Assembly (NCBI RefSeq): GCF_009914755.1 | Contig: NC_060938.1 | Origin: the human T2T-CHM13v2.0 reference genome, Homo sapiens | DNA length: 64,000 bases | Strand: one strand, 5' to 3' | In this document: positions 60,011 through 64,000 of the stretch, piece by piece | Layout: each line of letters begins with the position of its first letter | How positions within the stretch are numbered: the stretch's first letter is position 1 | The notes under the pieces: model-generated | Seen by the model: the letters and a program-made list of their open reading frames with translations, nothing else | Told to the model about the DNA's origin: nothing | Databases searched by the model: none | Made by a program: the position numbers and the translations under genes

Positions 60011-63000
60011 ATAAGCATAGCAATTTTAAAATCAGAAGAAGAAAACTAGACAAGCAATAAATATTATTTTTTAAAAAGTAGAGTGCTAGTAGGGTTGGAG
60101 AGACTATGTCCTGGGTGGCTGAAAACTAGTCCAGACTTTAGGGACCAAATGGAGAAAACTCAGGACTGCGTGAGCCCTGCCACTGAACTTTGTGAAATTT
60201 ATCAAGGGAAAAAAGGTCTTCAGAACGACAAGTTATAATTCCTAGAGGAATCCTTCAGAATGTTCCACTACTCTAAAGATCAGGACTCTATTTCAGCTCA
60301 CCTCATACCATCTGCAGTATCTTAATCTACACCATCCTTTCCTGCAGTAAAGAAGATCTCTTTAAGGAGATTGTCTTGGGCAGCAAGGACAGTCTAGAGA
60401 GCTAGGAGCCCACAAGCAAGAGATGGATTTTTAAAGTCTTGCCCTGGGCTTAAGGGAGAAACTCTAGTTTCCCTCAAGGATGTTCCCAGTGGTTCTTCTG
60501 AGAAGGAATGAAGGCCAGGGTTTCTGGCAGAAGCCCTGTTCAGAAATGAAGTTTTTGTCTTTGATGCAGATGTTTCTGTACTGATTTGGAAATATGTCCA
60601 GGGTGCATTGTTAAGGGAAAAAAATTAGGCTTAGAACAACATGCAGTATACTAATTTTGGCTAAGAAAGAAAGGAGAAAAACAAAACAACAACAAATATA
60701 CATATACACTTACATTTCCCTAAAGAAATATTGAGATAATATACAAAAACTAATAAAAGGATTTACCAAAAGGGAGATGGGAAATGGAGTGGACAGAGAT
60801 GCAGCTATGAGCTATGAGCAAGTTTTCTCAATGAGTATATTTATATCATTTTCATTTTTGAACAGTATTGTCTATTCAAAATAAACAAAATTCTGCCACA
60901 GATTAGGGGGAAAATAAGAATAGTCTCTTTGATGGGGATGGCCATGTGCATATCTCTCAGAAATCCCACATGGGGAGCAGGAGGCTAGGACTTCCAGGTG
61001 GCATAGCATTTTCAACACAAGTCACGTTCATCACAAGGTGGGGGAATCATCAGAGGGTTCCTTTGATGGATGGGATGTGGAGGTGGCCACTTAGAGTCTG
61101 GAGGTCACCCTCACAGTATGCTGGGAATCTGTTTGGCATCTTACCAGATCCTGACCCCTGTTGCCAGCCAGGTATTTGGACCCACAGCTACTTCTCCACG
61201 AGAGAGGCCAAAAAGGCATATAGTGCCTGGGATATAAGCTACTGACCTGCAAGTCTGGGATGCACAGAACCTGGGATGTGTCTGAAGCAGAGCACCTATA
61301 GCTGGGCCCAGATTATAGGCCACTTCCAGGTTAAGAGGCCAAGATCTGCAGCTTCCCCCGCTAATTCAAAACCACCTGGGGGATCTACTACTGCCACTGC
61401 ACCTTACTTGTTCATGAGCACAAAAAGATTGGAAAATGTGACTCATATACCCTTAGGTATATGTGTTATGTTTATATTGACAGTCAATTCCTGGTTACCT
61501 ACAAGTGGAATTGTCTGGCTGACAAGGATATGGTCAGTCAGAAGAAGGTTGGAGCTGGATATGACAAATTGGAATTTGTGTATATAAAGGATAAAAAAGT
61601 GAGTGTACTGAGGAGGAAGGAGAGAGGGATTATTGCATGCCAAAAACAATAGAAAGAGTTCTGCTTCCCTTTTCATTAACCTGGATATGGAGAGGTCAGA
61701 TCAGACGCCAGAGAAGTTTAGGTGTTGGAGGGATGTTAGAAATAAACTAGTGGAGCTGCTTCATTTTATAAATGAGGAAACTGAATATAGAACATCCATG
61801 CAGTTGGTGAAGGAAGGTGTATACATATGCACAGAGATAGAACACATATGTATTATCTACTCAAAGATACATCTTAGAGTGCTTTTCCATTTATCAGGCA
61901 ACTTAATGTATCCTCAGTTTCCTTTAAAATTTTATTATTAGCTCATTCTCATTGCCAAAATGAGTCATGAATACCAGGTTTCAATGTCCATTTATTATTT
62001 TGAAGCAACTGCCAAACACTGTGGAAATGGTTCCACTTACCTCCAGAATTTGCCAAAAGAAAAAAAAAAGTCCAATGATGACTGAAACCAGTAATGACTA
62101 TTTTCTATTTTCTTTTCCCTAAGTAATTGACCATTAATTATAATATCAATAGGCAGTGGGTAAGGAAAGCAGACCCATGTAAGGGCTACATTTCATTTGT
62201 AACTGTTTTGTATATATCATAAATCTCTAATATTGGGCTATTGTCACCCTTGATGAATTATTGTAAGCATGTCAGCACATGGTGGAAGTCAAGTACATTC
62301 AAATACTACTCAGTCAGAATTGAATTTGGCATGATAGTCTCATAAAAGGGGGCTCAATTGAGAGTTTCCACTTGCCTGCTCTAAACTTGTCACTTGTAGG
62401 TGCTAAAGAGCTTGTTGTGTTGGTTTAATTAGTCAACAAATCGGTCCTTACTTGATTGCGTGGTCGTATCACATATGTTAACACTTCAGTGTTTGATGGA
62501 GATATTAACAAGTGACAAGAGTCTCTTGGTCTGTGGACTTTAAAGAAGAGAAGCTCTTCTATATTATTTCATTTGGCCCTGCCAATATTTATTAGATCAT
62601 GCAGCCCGCAGGCTGCCAGTTAAAGAAAGACAACACAAACATTTTTCAGGGTTATGCTCATCTGTATCCCCAAGAAGGGTCACAGAACAATCGATGGGAG
62701 AAGAGTATAAGAAAGATAAGTGTTTTCTTCCACCGCTTACAAATTCATTATTTGATACAGTTTGCCGCAGACCTCCTTTGAGCTTTTTTCACTTAAAGAT
62801 AATTTATGACAAGAACAGAGAGGTTCTTGAAAATGCTATAGCAACTGAAGCTGAATGATACCACTCTGATGCAAGACGCAGCACCAGAGGCTGGTAAATA
62901 GGAAGTTTGCATTTGTATGAAGAACTGTATTAGTTAAGCATTCACCCACGGTGGATAAAACAATCATATTAATAGTCAATAAGAGATTAAAGGGAAAAAA

Positions 63001-63522
63001 TTAATAATCAAAATGATTATTTCCAGAAGTGGGGGTAGGGAATAAAAAGTCAGTGCCCTGAAAGCTTGCAAAAGACCCGTCTATTCATTTTTTTCTATAG
63101 CAGAACAAACAAAAAGGCAGTGCTTACTTTAAAGGACAGGCTTCATTTGTTCCGTCACCGTTCTGTTATGGCTTTTATCTGTGCATTAGCAAGAATCAGG
63201 TTTCCACACCATGTGCAGTCATGATGTGAAGTCTATGGACCAGAGCCACCAGATAGTTCCTTTGGGCAGGACATTGCTTTGCAAAAAACACTTAAATGAC
63301 TGCCAACAATTCGAACACTGTCAGCAGTGACTTGACTAGTGAAGATAATGGGACATAAAACCATGAGTCAAGAGTTTTCTGTCAAGACTCCCTAGCGGGA
63401 ACTTAAAAAATCCAATTTATTTATCTCTCTTAGGAAACTGCTTGACAACCAAAAGATCCTTGTCTCCTTACCTCACAAAGTAAAGAATTTGCCATTCCTC
63501 TCCTTGGAAGAGCTCACGTTGA

Positions 63523-63847
<325 letters not shown>

Positions 63848-64000
63848 TGATTTATTCAGTTTTAATTATCTGCTGGTCACCACGTCAGAGGGTCGAAGCC
63901 CAACCCTTGTCCCTTCCTTAATTACCATGTGGAAACTCCCCTGGGCCTAGCCTAAATGTTCATCTACTGACAAGTGGGAGGAGGTGCACAAGAATAATTA

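Overview
Repeat-rich primate (human-like) intergenic or deep-intronic DNA; no host protein-coding exon, RNA gene or CpG island could be identified with confidence. Content: an internally deleted HERV16/ERVL-type provirus (minus strand, interrupted by an Alu and an L1PB), a near full-length Tigger1, 11 Alus, several MaLR/ERVL LTRs, hAT MITEs, MIR/L2 relics, a 5'-truncated young L1PA, and an 8.4-kb composite L1 (32731-41154). That composite has two different L1 5' halves in tandem but one 3' end and one TSD pair, a ~600-bp tract homogenised between the halves, and an open, extended ORF0. Other notable items: a very recent 136/142-bp tandem duplication of an Alu tail plus flank, and a candidate TATA-hairpin-splice donor first exon at ~56.1-56.3 kb. 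Subfamily names come from recalled consensus sequences and need RepeatMasker/Dfam confirmation. No evidence of a new multi-gene biological system.
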